Shown here in pieces: positions 11,962-24,400 of a DNA stretch of 64,000 nucleotides (positions within the stretch are counted from its first letter, which is position 1; each line of letters begins with the position of its first letter). Position numbers and translations under genes: made by a program. The DNA comes from Klebsormidium nitens (Eukaryota > Plantae > Klebsormidiophyceae): positions 109,382 to 173,381 of the forward strand of contig DF237099.1 in NCBI GenBank assembly GCA_000708835.1. The letters are read 5' to 3'. Below the pieces are notes generated by a model. The model had not been told where the DNA came from. It saw only the letters and a program-made list of their open reading frames with translations, and ran no database searches.

Positions 11962-12932
11962 TTTTAATCGGAAAGTGTGAAGGAAGATGAGAGCGGATTG
12001 AAATAGATTCCCTGCAAGTTTTGTGAGCGTCTCAGTATCTGAGATCCGGCATGCTGATCGCGTTTCTAACCTCGCTACTAAATGCACCCATTCTCAATGG
12101 TGACTTTTCAGAAAGGTTGCTCGCAACCATTTCTTACCTTCTTTGGATGTGGGCAGGTAATAACCACTGACATGCGTGCAGCGCCGCGTCGTGCGCCTCT
12201 CTTCTGCGCATGCTGGGTAGAGTCTTGTCTTGTCTTGACACGTCTCTGTTGTCAATTTTGCATATGGTGTGGCCATGTCTTGTTCTCTTCCAGGAACGGT
12301 CACATCTGCATATCCACTGAGTGATTACAAGCATGCCATGGCTCATGATTGCAAGCCGGCTGCCATAGACACACATGTGCATTATCATGCGTGTTTACCG
12401 GGATATCATCATTTATGCTTGACCGCCTAGGTTGATCAGTGCGCAGCTATACCACATATGCCTACACAGCTGCGGCGGCCTTCAATATCATGCGATGATG
12501 CATCGAGAATATATGGCCCGCATATGACATGATAATGCGTGCATGCATCATGGTTTTGCAAAGAGCATGGCCGGCACTGACTTACATGCAGTATGCCAGT
12601 CGATCAGACATGTGAGCAGATTGCCTCATGACAACTAAAATTATGCTCGTGCGGTCACGATAAGTTGCATGTTTGACATAGAGACGCACTGGAGAGGCAG
12701 GTGCAAGCGCGCACCAACATGAGAATCTTACCTCGATTCAGTTGCGCGGCAAGAGGCAAGCGCATACCATTGCACACATGCCCAGCTTACGTGAAATTTA
12801 CCATCTTTTGTCATTTTTGGAAAGCCGGCTTCTGATCCTGAGCAGTTGGCCGATGATGTCGTAACATTAGAAGGACCGTTTTGCTCGTTGTTTCTGTCAT
12901 ATTGGAAGATTCCAGAGGTATTGCAAAGGCAT

Positions 12933-15900
12933 TTAGGAGGCAGCTGTGTAGAAGTAGTATCCCTGCACGCCTTCGAAGATCTCGAGAGCTTTGCCTGCAG
13001 AGATGGAGAAGAAGCGCAAGGTCAACCACAAGCAGGAGTGCACCGTGGCACGAGGCAAAGATGCTTCATGGCAGTCATGAAGTTAGGCGTGCAAAACAGA
13101 TTCACTGGTGCGGTAGAAGGTAGCTCCTCAGGGTATGCGAAAGCAAATAATTACATCCCCGTATCGCCTTCACAGCTTTGCCGGACCCCTTGGGAGTGTC
13201 TGACACGGTCTCAAACCAAAGTGCTTTGAGGTTCAAGACCCCCGTTGGGCAACGAAAAGCGCAGACTTTGGCCTCGATTTTGGCAGAAAAACACTGATTA
13301 GGTGCTCTGGGCAGGGACGCTCACTTGTCAGGGCGCCCAGCAAAGGCACCGGCCAAAGGACGCGCCCCACAGCTTCAGCGGGAGGCCTGCAAGCAGAACA
13401 GCGCTTAGAGTGACAGAGCTCTTTTAGGGACGGGCAACCAGACGGGCAATCAGATCGATGCGGAGGGCTGGGACGGGGGAGGGGACAACCGGTCCGCTTC
13501 GATAACAGTTGGTCGACAATGACGATAAAGTGGAAGCAAGTACCAGTCCTTGCAGGCACGGAGTGAACAAAGACGAGCGCTATCTATGCTGCAACTGACG
13601 AGCTCAGCGGTGCTTTTGAATCCATGATCCGCCATGCACAGCCTTCGCGGTCCTGCTTACAACCAACAAAAAAGAGTCGCAGATAAGAGAATTCATTAGA
13701 AGTCGAGCAGTGTGCGCTCAAAGTTCGTTCGTCGAAGATAGAAAGCATTCTTACTTGGTCACCATTTCGAAGACGGGGCTCCGCATCAGGTACAGGAGAA
13801 GCAGGACCCGTCGCCTCGCCATCTGCAAACGTCCACGCAGATTTAGAACCAGGTAGAGATTTCCCCACCGGAAAGTACCGCTCAGAAACGCAATAAGGGT
13901 GACCATTCTTCTTTTTCAAATGCCAACCGACCATTGCCTAACGACGTTCAGATGCACCTGTCGACCTGTAAGGACCGCACCACCGCAACTGCACAGCAGA
14001 TCGTCACTCTCTTTTCTTGCGTAGTCTCAAACCCGACAATCATAAATCTGCAGCAAAATGGTCCGGTACGCAGCTCCCAAATAATAACTTCCTTTCTCAC
14101 CTCGCTCCTCTCCTGCTCCGTCAGCCCCCCCTCGCCCTCCTTCCCTTTTCCCCGCGCGTCTCGTTTCAGCACCTCATCCCCCGCCGCAATCAGCGCCATG
14201 CTCGCCGCATCCACTCCCAGCGACAGCAGCCACGGCTTCCACTTCCTGGCACCCCACTTGCGCATCGCCAATACGTATACCAACGGCCGCATCGCGTATA
14301 GGACCTCGCCCGCCGTGAGACACGTCCGCGCGGCGCGCTCGGCCGCCGACATCTCCGGTTTTAGGCTTCCGGCGGAAAGTAAAGTCTCGTTGTTTTGCGC
14401 CGCTAGGGTTCGGGGGTCTATGCTTTCGACGTCGATGCTTTCGGACATAACGGTCGCGAGGAGCCGCGAGGGGGGGGGCAACTCCAGGTCCTCCGGACGG
14501 GGGGTGTCGTAGCGCTGCAGCTTTCCCCGACCCCGGACGTCCGTATTGATAACATACCGGTTCAGAAACGCGCCCCCCGAGCTGTTCTCGCGTTCAGACG
14601 TTGACGCCCCGTCGGTTTGAAACGGCACCTTTCCCGAAAGGCCCTGTTTAGAGGAGGGTTGCGACGATGGCCCCACGGAAGGGTCGTCGCGGCTGTGGAC
14701 GGAGAGGGTTGACAGGGCCTCGGGGGAAGAGGAGGCGCCGTCTTCGGCCCACCAGGGGGGCTGGCGGTGTCCCATTTCGACTGCACAATAAGCATTTAAC
14801 GATCTCAAAACACCTTTCTCGAGGACACCTGTTGCTCTAACTTCTCGGACTGCCGATAAAGTCGGAATCTTCCGTTCAGAGTCTGGCTTTTGCAGGATAA
14901 GTAGTGCGTCATCGAAACGATGAGGTGGTGAATCAAGACAGGTTCTACCATGCGATCACGAATACCATGCAATCACGAACGGGTGCACTGAAAACGGATG
15001 CACTGAGAACGGATGCTTATTGACAGAGCATCATTTCAGAAGGAAAGCAACGTAAAGCATTGTTTGCTCTCAAACCCGAGTGCAATTACTTTTGCTCGGG
15101 TTTCAAAGTTAGCCTCCTACAAATGACGAAGGGAATGCGTGATGGGCCGAGTGGCTTCAAATCACGGCAACTCTGCACGAAGTATGAAACGGGGTCGTTC
15201 GCAAGATGAAGGCTTACGATCAGGCTCCCTATGCTTCCCGTGCGCCGCCGCCGCAGAATCGAGCTGCGGTGCTCGCGCCACGAGGTTTCGCTCCCTGAAC
15301 TTGGCAAATGCGTGCAGGGCCATGCCGCCCTTGTCCCGGGGCTTCGACGGGGCCGCAAACTCATCTGCAACCACGAGGGGCACGTGACCTGTCTTGCAAT
15401 GAACTCCGTTCAAAGAGGGCGTAGCACCGGGTCGGACGTCAACGTAAGCACCCATCACCGTTTAGCAGTAGTCTGTGCTCGGTGATATAAACCTAGACAC
15501 TTGTCTTGGGCGAGAGAAGAGCAGAGCGACTGCTCAACAGGTCACTCAGATGCGTCTAAATACGCCCTCTTAAAAGAGAAGAAGACTCTATTCCGATTGA
15601 AGATGTCAGGCTTCAGAAGACCGGGTCACGTGAGTCTCTTGCAAACAACGTGCTAAAGGAAACGCTGAGTATTGGACGAAGGCTGTGCGTTAGCTTTGCT
15701 TTCCCAATCTGTCACGACGTGCTTGTTCGAAATAAAGCGTGCATTTGCCGGGAACGGCTGCGAACACGTCCGAACGTCGCCGGACGGTCAGCAGTACGTT
15801 TTGCCGTTGACGTCTCCCTTCCGAATTCAACTTTCTGCCGCCACATGCCCCACGCACACAGCATCAACAGGCCGGAAACAACAAACCAAATCAGCTCGTC

Positions 15901-18012
15901 GCAACTTCCTACCTTAAGGTTAAAGGTAAACCATGGATCAGGACCGTTTCAAATTGCAAGTGAAGGGCAAAAATGTACCGCAATATCGATGATACAGCGC
16001 TCAGCCTTACCAGCGTAGGGGCTCGGTCCCATCGGACCAGCTTGGACAATGGCATCCGATGCGTCCAAAACCGGACGGTCGTTCTCTGTGGCCTCGGCGG
16101 CCGCAACGGCGGTGTTGGCAACGGCCTCTGCGGATTCGTTCGGCTCCTCCCCGCCGTCGATGAGCATGCGGCCCCCGGACTGGCGCAACAGGAGCAGCCG
16201 CAGGATAACCCTGAAGGAGGAGCGAGGCCGTTACGGAAAAATCAAGTGATAATTTCAATTTCCTCCGTATTTGCGGTTGCAAGGAAGAGAACTGCTCGAA
16301 AAGCACACTTCGGATAAGTGTGCATCAAGAGACTCTGCGTCTCAAAATGCAAGGGCCTACAGAGCGAAATGATCTCACAGATACACAAAAAGGGCAGGGG
16401 GGAAACCGAAGTGCACTGACTCCAGGTGCGCTCGAGAACACTGTTGGTTCTCCAAACAAGCAGGATGCACAGTCAGCAGCAGATACTCAGCAATTACCTG
16501 TTGAGTGACCTTCACTGTCCACTGCCTGAGCTGTCCCCTGATTTACCCTCAAAACAAACAAAACATGCACTTCAAAAGTTCCAATGTTAGAAGGGGCTAC
16601 TCACTTCAACCCTTCCACCAGGGCCACAATGCCCCACTTCTTCTCCGGCCCCCGGTACTCCTGCGCTGCAGTCTCCGCCAACACTTCCAACTGCCCCACA
16701 ATCGCCAACAATACCGGCCACGGAAGGCTCTTGTGCGCAGCCACATGTCTCGGAATCGCGTCCGTCACGGGGGGGGGTCCGTGCAGTCCTGGCGGCGGGG
16801 GCCCTCTACCCCCCCGCCACGGTTGCGGATGGCCGTGGAAACCGCCAATCGGCCCTCTGTCCGGGAAAGCGCCGTGCGAGGGGGGAGGGGGAAGGGGCAC
16901 CCGGGGCGCGTTGGGGATGTGGGAGGCGGGGTATGCTTGGACGATGTGCTCGTTAAGGAGCTGGAAGATGCCGAGAAGCGAGGAGACTGCAGAACATGGG
17001 GGGACCCGAAGAGTGTTAAGACTGACAAGGACACCCACCACCTTGAAGTAGGCCTGGATCGACTTAAACCGCAAGTATGACTGTTTTCATGCTTTGTTGG
17101 AGTAGATCAGGAGAAAGAACAGTGCTGCGTGCTGATGTTCCTAGGAGGGCACATGCTATTTTCAGGCCCGCTTCAGATTCAACTGCAGAATCCTTCTCTG
17201 AGGGACAGGAGATCTAGGTGTGCAAGACTTGCTGAACTCACCCTCAGTTAAGCTTCTAAATGGATTTTGATGTAGAAACTGGACACAAAGTACGTTGGCC
17301 GCCACTTCTAAGTCTTGCAGCAAATGGTTGGTCCGACTTTTTGGTAAGGATACAAGAGCTTCCCCTTTCTCAAGCAAGTCGTCTTGCCTATACTTCTTAT
17401 CTTCCAATTGAGGAGTAGTGGAACTTTTGGGGCCAGAATCAACACTGTGGAAAACATATACAGTATGTATGCCTCACCTCCTTCCACTGCAAGTTCTGAG
17501 CTTGCAAACCGCTCTGGAAGGACCCATGTCAGGCCCTGAAAAACCGCCAAAGGATTACAGTTTCACTTCCTCCAGATGAATTAGGCACGCCCCAGCAAGA
17601 CACGCTCCACGGAAATATCTCGATGTAAGATCAAGTGCATCAACCAACAGTGGTTGAAAGGGCCATATCATGAAGTCGAAAGAACGCTAGCTCCTCAAAC
17701 GCGCAAGGGCGCATCACTGGGATCATCCATGTAAGACACCACTCCCTTCCAATACAGGATTATTTTCTAGCTTCCTTTGAAACTTCCAGCATCAACAGAG
17801 TGTAGGAGGCCAAAGAAGTGAGTTTCGTCCAGCTTGAAGAGCAACTCCATATCAAAAGGGGAATTGAGCAGACCGATGTGGAACCTGTCATAACGCTCAT
17901 CACAAGGAACAGGGGGCTTTGTGAAGCTCACTTGTGCAGCTGACTCAACCGATGTGAGCCATTGGTGATTCTGACGCACAAAAGTCTTGTACGCTTCCCA
18001 CAAGGACGTCAT
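12933..18012 (-). CDS. PEX16: Peroxisome biogenesis protein 16
   Basis: Exons: 18012-17932, 17535-17478, 16986-16605, 16210-16011, ~15388/15364-15218, 14780-14101, 13822-13755, 13386-13325, 12994-12933. Motifs: WEAYKTFVRQN, GLTWVLPERF, LLNEHI, GEVLYAMRPLVYVL, WKPWLLSLGVD, RRRVLLLLYLMRSPVF, and terminal IFEGVQGYYFYTAAS*. Confidence 0.92.
14946..15016. repeat. Two adjacent short tandem repeats in a PEX16 intron
   Basis: ACCATGC(G/A)ATCACGAA x2, then ACGG(G/A)TGCACTGA(A/G)A x2.5. Confidence 0.75.
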
Positions 18013-18846
18013 CGCAGAGGCCACCACCTTTCAGATAAGTTGATTCCAGGTCTGACTCCTCAAAGGGTATAGTCTGGCATGATCAAACAAATTATGAGCT
18101 GCTCTTAAGATCTCATCCGCCGCCGCTTTCAGTTTTATCTTGCAATGCCGCCGCAGTCACGTACTAAGGACCCTGGGGACTGTCCTGCAGTGGGGGTTCT
18201 ACAATTCAGACCCTGGCCCTGGGATGTGGCAGCGCTTCTTCGCTCCGATTGTGTGCCCCCACCTTGCTGGGCCCCGTCTTCGTTCTTCCTGTCCTTGTCA
18301 TCAAGTTCAGTTGCAATTCAGTAGATATAGCTGCCCGTTCTCCAAAATAAGCGGAATTTCTGAACGTACTTTCACGTATCGCTGCTTGAACCGAAATGTT
18401 TACCATGGAAATTCACATAAGAGCATTTCTGTGGCGCATAAGCGGACTTTCATGGTACAGAAAGCCACATGATGTTCAGTGGTATTGACATTGTGCAGCC
18501 AGCTCAGCAATCTGAGCTGCTTCTGCTTCCAAAGTCCCATGCTCCTTTGCACTGCCAGAAAGGAGGAGTACAGGTCTGCATTCTGGTGGTGCACCTTGAA
18601 CGAAGGCTTCCTTTCCATATTACCGTGGTATGTGCAGTACAAACCTCACCACCAACTTCCTGGCGAGAAGCAGAACGCTCTCGTTCTGGAAAGTCGTCAA
18701 GAGCTTGCCAGACTGTACAGACAAGACTTCTGGTTCAAATCAAACTTCAGTAGGGCTTTTGTGTTCCTGTCTCTGTCCCAAATGCATTCCTTTTTGCCAA
18801 CGCTGCGTCACTTTTAAATTTTGAACCTATCTGCATCACTTCAAGA

Positions 18847-20686
18847 ATGGGAGACTCTGCGCCTGACGATAGGGAAGGTGCTGGCGGTGCAATGGAGGGC
18901 CAGGAGCAAGGAGGCCCCTCAGGCGCCGCCGCAAAGCATCCCGCTCTGGAGCACAAGCTTCCCCTTGCGCGAGTGAAACGGTTAATCAAAGCAGAGTCGG
19001 ATGTAACGCAGTTGACAGCGGAAGCGGGGGCGCTTATAACAAAGGCCACGGTGAGCCCCTGTCATTGAGCTGCCCTCATCGAAGAGTGCAATAGGCCCTG
19101 TGTCAAAGGTCAAACTCCTGGAGTATGAGGACGGGGTTTGCGGTCGCTTGTGACAATCTACTGCATTTCTGAAACTCCAGAGTAGAGCAACAGGGGATGC
19201 TGCTTCCACCAGGGCAGTCGGAAGTCAAGCATGATGTTACGATCACTTAATGCATCCTCCAGGCCTTGGGCTCAAGCAAACACAGGGGGTGGTCTGCAAT
19301 CCTTCATGTGACGCATTGAGATTCTATCTTCTGAACTGAGGTTGGATTGGAAACTCCTTATCTTTCACTGATGGGGGGTAAAAAGAGAAACCGTGTTAGC
19401 TTTGAAGAATGTCAAAGAGAAACCCAGCTTTGGTGAGATTTCTTTGGCTTTTGCTGAAAGGAGGCTTAAAGAGACTTTCAGCTGATTGGGCTTCGACAGG
19501 AAACCAGTTGAGTGGCCTTCAAATGGTTCCTTACGATTGCGGTATAGTTGCCTCAATCAGTTGAAAGCATCTTGATTTGCACCCACAGAGAAAGTTTCAT
19601 TTCTTCCTTTTCTGCCATGAGTTATTGAGAAGTTCTATAGGGATAGTTTTTGATGGTTTGCACTAGATTCAAGTACTTTTTCATCTGTTCATGTTGAAGG
19701 CTGCATCACGACCCGCTCATAAAGATCCGCTTGGTGGACTGGACTGTGCATTTAAGATCAGGGTTTCAAGATCTTTGATGGGGTGCGTTTGGGATGGAAT
19801 CAAGCAATTCACTACCATCCGTGAGTTAGTATCGGTTTTGCTCAATCAGAGTTGGCTCTTTTCTCAGGAACTGTTCTTAGAAAAGTTGGCGACGCAAGCG
19901 GCGCGCCACATGGTTGACGACAGCCGGGTGACCCTCCGGTACAAGGACGTGTGTAAGTGGACACGTGTAACTACAAGTTGTGCGATGTCAAGCACGCACT
20001 CAACCAATGGATGCGACAGATTCCTGTTGTTTCCCGCGTTTGAAGCCACTTTCCTTAAAGCGCTTGCCGCTTGATCATATAAGCTGGGGTTTTCAAACCT
20101 TTTTCCATGAGGATAGAAAAGTTAAGTTGAGGCATCTTTCCTGTCATGAGGATTGCAAGAGAGGTCCGTTTTGGCTTTTTGCTCGAAGCTTTTTCCTGGT
20201 GATGAACATTCTAGATTTGTCAAAGTGTTCTACACAGCGAAGACTTCGTTATATTACAAACAGAGAAAGCCTGCTTTGCTGACTCTCATTTCCTCTTCCA
20301 CAGCTACTACCGTAAAAGAAGAAGACTCTCTAGAGTTTCTCCGAGGTAAAGACCCCTTGCGACCCACCAGTCTCGACAGCATCTGCTCTTCTCTGTATGT
20401 AGAGTTGCGTCAAGAGAAGCTTCAAATGTCAGCACATGTTTAAAGCGGAAGCTGCGTTGCACAGCAGGTTCTGATCAGGCTCTATGCTTACCAATTGCAA
20501 GCATGGATGAACATACAGGGCTTCCAAATCGTCTAATGAGTCTGTCCGTTTTGAGCAGATATCACCCCTGAGCCACTCACCGCTATCCAGCTAGCAGAGG
20601 GCCCAGAGAACGGAGAAATAGACGAGGAGAGCACGGACGAAGACGATGACGAGCTTGCGGAAAACGAGAATGACGAACGGACTTGA
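18847..20686 (+). CDS. H2A-type histone-fold protein (DPB3/POLE4/CHRAC1/NF-YC-like) with acidic tail
   Basis: Phase-consistent exons: 18847-19050, 19868-19952, 20304-20345, 20559-20686. Sequence LPLARVKRLIKAESDV...LITKATELFLEKLA...TLRYKDV...LEFLRDI. Confidence 0.88.
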
Positions 20687-21479
20687 GACGAAAGATGTGT
20701 TGATGATATAAATGATTGTGTCGGTGGTCCCCGCTGGTTTCTGTCGTGATCTAAGCAACGTCTTGTTTGTACTTTCGTAACTGCGTCGGCTCTCTTACCA
20801 ACTTCTCGTCAAGAATTTTTCGGTCGAGTTGCAATGCACATTTCGGTTTTGGGCGCTAAACTTAATTACCGGTCAGTCTCACTTTGTGTGCCTCGCAAAT
20901 CCAAGCTTAAGCTAGCAGCCAGTGCCGCCGGCATCTAATACACGAAGGCCAACGAGATGTGATTAACATGCAATCATGGGACTTAAGGGGCTCTCATATG
21001 TATCTGTACGTACCATGCCGACGTGTGTGTCACATATGCATGAACTCAAATCTCTAGCACGGACTCGATGCTGTATAGAGTGATAGCCATGCCGAGAAAA
21101 AGCTGCACATGCATATATATATGTCGCCTCCTTCATGGTCCGCATGCCAGCTGGCCATAACTATTTAAAGATGCAAACGCAACTTAAGTACATGCTGAAC
21201 CAACGGCTATATTGATCTTGACTTATACCGTCCTAGATAGTGCGAGCTGCATTAAAGTTCTGGACTTACTATGATGATACAAAAATGAAGAGCTTTGGCA
21301 ACCTGTTCTTTCGTTTCCCCATGACACAGATATTTGGCTTTAGCTGTCATTCCTCGTAGTAGACACCGCTCATGCAGGCACATTCTTTGTTGACCTGCGG
21401 GCCCACTGTTTTCCAGGATAAGTGTGGGCTTTTAAAGACGCTCGCGCTTACTTCCTTTCCTCTCCGCAGCTGATCCAGC

Positions 21480-24400
21480 TCAGTTCCTACTGCGGCGACT
21501 GACTGGCGGCGGCGGCGGGGCTTTCGGCGTCTCGATGCTCGTATCTGACGCGATGCTCGCTGTGCGGCTCAACGAGGCCCGGGGCGAGTTACCAAACAGC
21601 CGGGGCGTCGTACTAGGGGGGTGCGGGGACGAGGCGCGCCGCGGGGTCCCGTTGGTCGATTGGCGGGGGGTTGGCCGGGGGGACGCGGCCCGCGCCCAGC
21701 TGGGCCGCTGCGCCGGCGCTGACGTCTCCGCTGACGTCACCTCGGGCACGTACATGTCCTCGGGCCTGGCGGCCTTGGCTTCGTTGTGCAGCTGCTCCAG
21801 CGTTTGGACGACGTCCGCCATGAGCGGCCGGAAGTCTGCTTCCGGTTGGACGCACATGGCAGCGATGGCTGCCAGCTGGCAGACGACGCGGTCGGTGTAT
21901 TGCCCCGAGACGGCGGGGTCGACCATGGCGTGGATCAGCCGGCGGTCACTCAGTTGGGGGGACGCCTGCGGGGAGGAAGAGAAACTCTTAAATTTCAAAT
22001 CCTGGGCTCAAAAGCTTTTGACCAAACTTGAAGCTTTGCAAGCTGCGGAATTGGAAGTACAGGGGTGACTTGAGAAGTTCGATTTGGCGTGGTCCACTTT
22101 TGGTTCAAGCTCGTATGCAGAATCAAAAAAATTCAAGGGTCGACTGTGGAAACGTCAAGAGAACGCTTGGACCTCTTTTCTGCATTCCCCGTGGACGCGA
22201 CGCCGGCTTTGACGGCTTAGCTTCCCGAGTGTTCTTATGCGGTGAATTTTGTCCAATATCCAGGTTGGTCGTCCTGTCCGGTTACTTCGGACTTCTGGAA
22301 AGGCTGTCTGCACTCACCCACGTCACCAGACTCTGCTTCCCCGGCGGCAGCGTCATGTCCACCGGCTTCCTTCCCGTCAGCAACTCAAGCAACATCACCC
22401 CAAAGCTGTACACGTCGCTCTTCTCCGTCAGCTGACCGGTCATGAAGTACTGCAGACAAAAAGCGCATTCGATTATGGAAATGCCTTGGAATCTATTCTC
22501 GCACATGAATCATGATGCTTCTTCAAGTTCAGCGCCCCACATTCATCCTCTTAAGGTGCAAAGACGAGAGAAAGGCTGAAGGAAGACGACATAGAACATG
22601 AGGATCGATTTCTTGTTGCGGGATGACCTTTGAGAGGCTGCCTCACTTCGGGTGCGACGTAGCCGAACGTGATTTGCATGCTCGTCTGGAGATCCTGCCC
22701 CTCCGGTGCGATGAATACTTGGCCGTAGTCCGACACCTGCGACATGAAAAGAGCTTCGGCTAGACGGGTGACGAGCTGTTCGCGATCACACGCATTCGGT
22801 CTCTACTAAAACTTGGCTATCAGCGGTAATCAATTGAGTAACACGAGCCGTTGTCTGTGTGAAGGAATTGCTCAAAGACTTCGAATTGAAGAAGAAAGCG
22901 TTCAGCGTACACCAACTATCATTTCCAACTTTTAAAAAGGAAGGACTCATCTTGCTGATGCTGGACCTTGGTGGCACCCCGAAAATCTCTTTTTATCAGT
23001 CGATATCCAAACTCTGAAATAGCATCGCTTGATTGACGCAGCTTTAATACATTGTCATGACTCGAGAAAGGATTCTGATAAGCGTGGTTGAATTGCGAAA
23101 ATCTTACCTTCGCGGTGTAGTCTCTGGCCAGCAGGACGTTGCTGCTCTTGAAGTCGCGGTGGATGACGGGAGGGAAGCACGTGCCGTGCATGTACTGCAG
23201 TCCCCGGGCGGCATCCAACGCAATCTTCAGCCGCGTCGTCCACAGCAGATCCTTCTTCTTGTCCGGAGAACCTGCTCACTAAAGTTTACGGTCAGCCGTC
23301 CCAGTCGTGGGAGAAGTCAAGACTCGCATATAGAATACCAAGAGTGAGCTTGTGAGCCGTTCCTTGGTCATTGATCTTCTTGTATTCACTTTTGACGAAG
23401 GTTCGGGAGCAATGAAGCGATGGTGGGTCAGCCTTGCGCTTCGATTTGCTGCCTCACAAAGCGCCGCAGGTACAATCCGTGGGTACCATCAAAACGGCTG
23501 ATTGTCTCTCGTCGATTACATAACTTGAAATTACCAGCTCGACTACGAGAACCATTCCTAACCTTGCAGAACATTCGGAGATTCGGGGCCCTTACCGTGC
23601 AGCCGATCCTCCAGGTTTCCGTTGGGCATCAGCTCGTAGCAGAGGAACTTGCTATTCTTCTCGAGGCAGAAACCGAGGAACAGGACCAGGTTGGGGTGCT
23701 CCATGCGGCTCAGCTTCTCCACAGCAACCTGCAACAGTACGACAGATGTTTAAGCGGAGTGTCTTGCAAAGTGTTGACAGGAATTCAGGCTCGGTAGGAA
23801 AGCGATTGATGCCAGGCCTCTTATGTTTTCGAGTAATATTTGCAGGATGAGCATAAGAATCCTCAAATCGGCGATGCTGCTGGCTTTGTCCAAAGAAAAC
23901 AAAACGGAAAACGAAGGCGAGAATTGGCGGCCTTCGTTTGTGGCATTTAGGATAACGAGCGTCCTGCGTACTATTTTGTGCTCTCTAAGTCCAACATACG
24001 GACAGCCGGGAGTTGGATGCTTATCTGACCTTAAACTCTTGTTGCCCCTGGTGTTCATTCTTGCTGAGCTTCTTGATCGCGATGGCCGTCCCATCATCCA
24101 AAGTACCCTTGTACACACGACCGAAGCCGCCTTCGCCCAAGAGATTGCCGGCACTGAAGTTGTTGCTGGCAACCTGCAAAACAGCACAGGAGTTTGTCAA
24201 AGCGCAGGAACACTGGCTGCTTCTCGTTCCATTATTCACCAGTTTTGAGATCTGAAGTTACTGAGTCGGTATGAGCATCAGGACATAGTTGCAATGGGAC
24301 GCAGATTCAACGAGTGATTACGGCCGAATCGTCATCAAGGCATCCACCTTAGCTTAGCCTCCGCTCGAACGTCCGTAATCTTGTTGCAAGTATTGGAAGT

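Noticed and set aside
12331-12780. CpG deamination as the sole cause of the CATG excess
   Set aside because: CpG remains frequent in the tract (~23 in ~480 bp).
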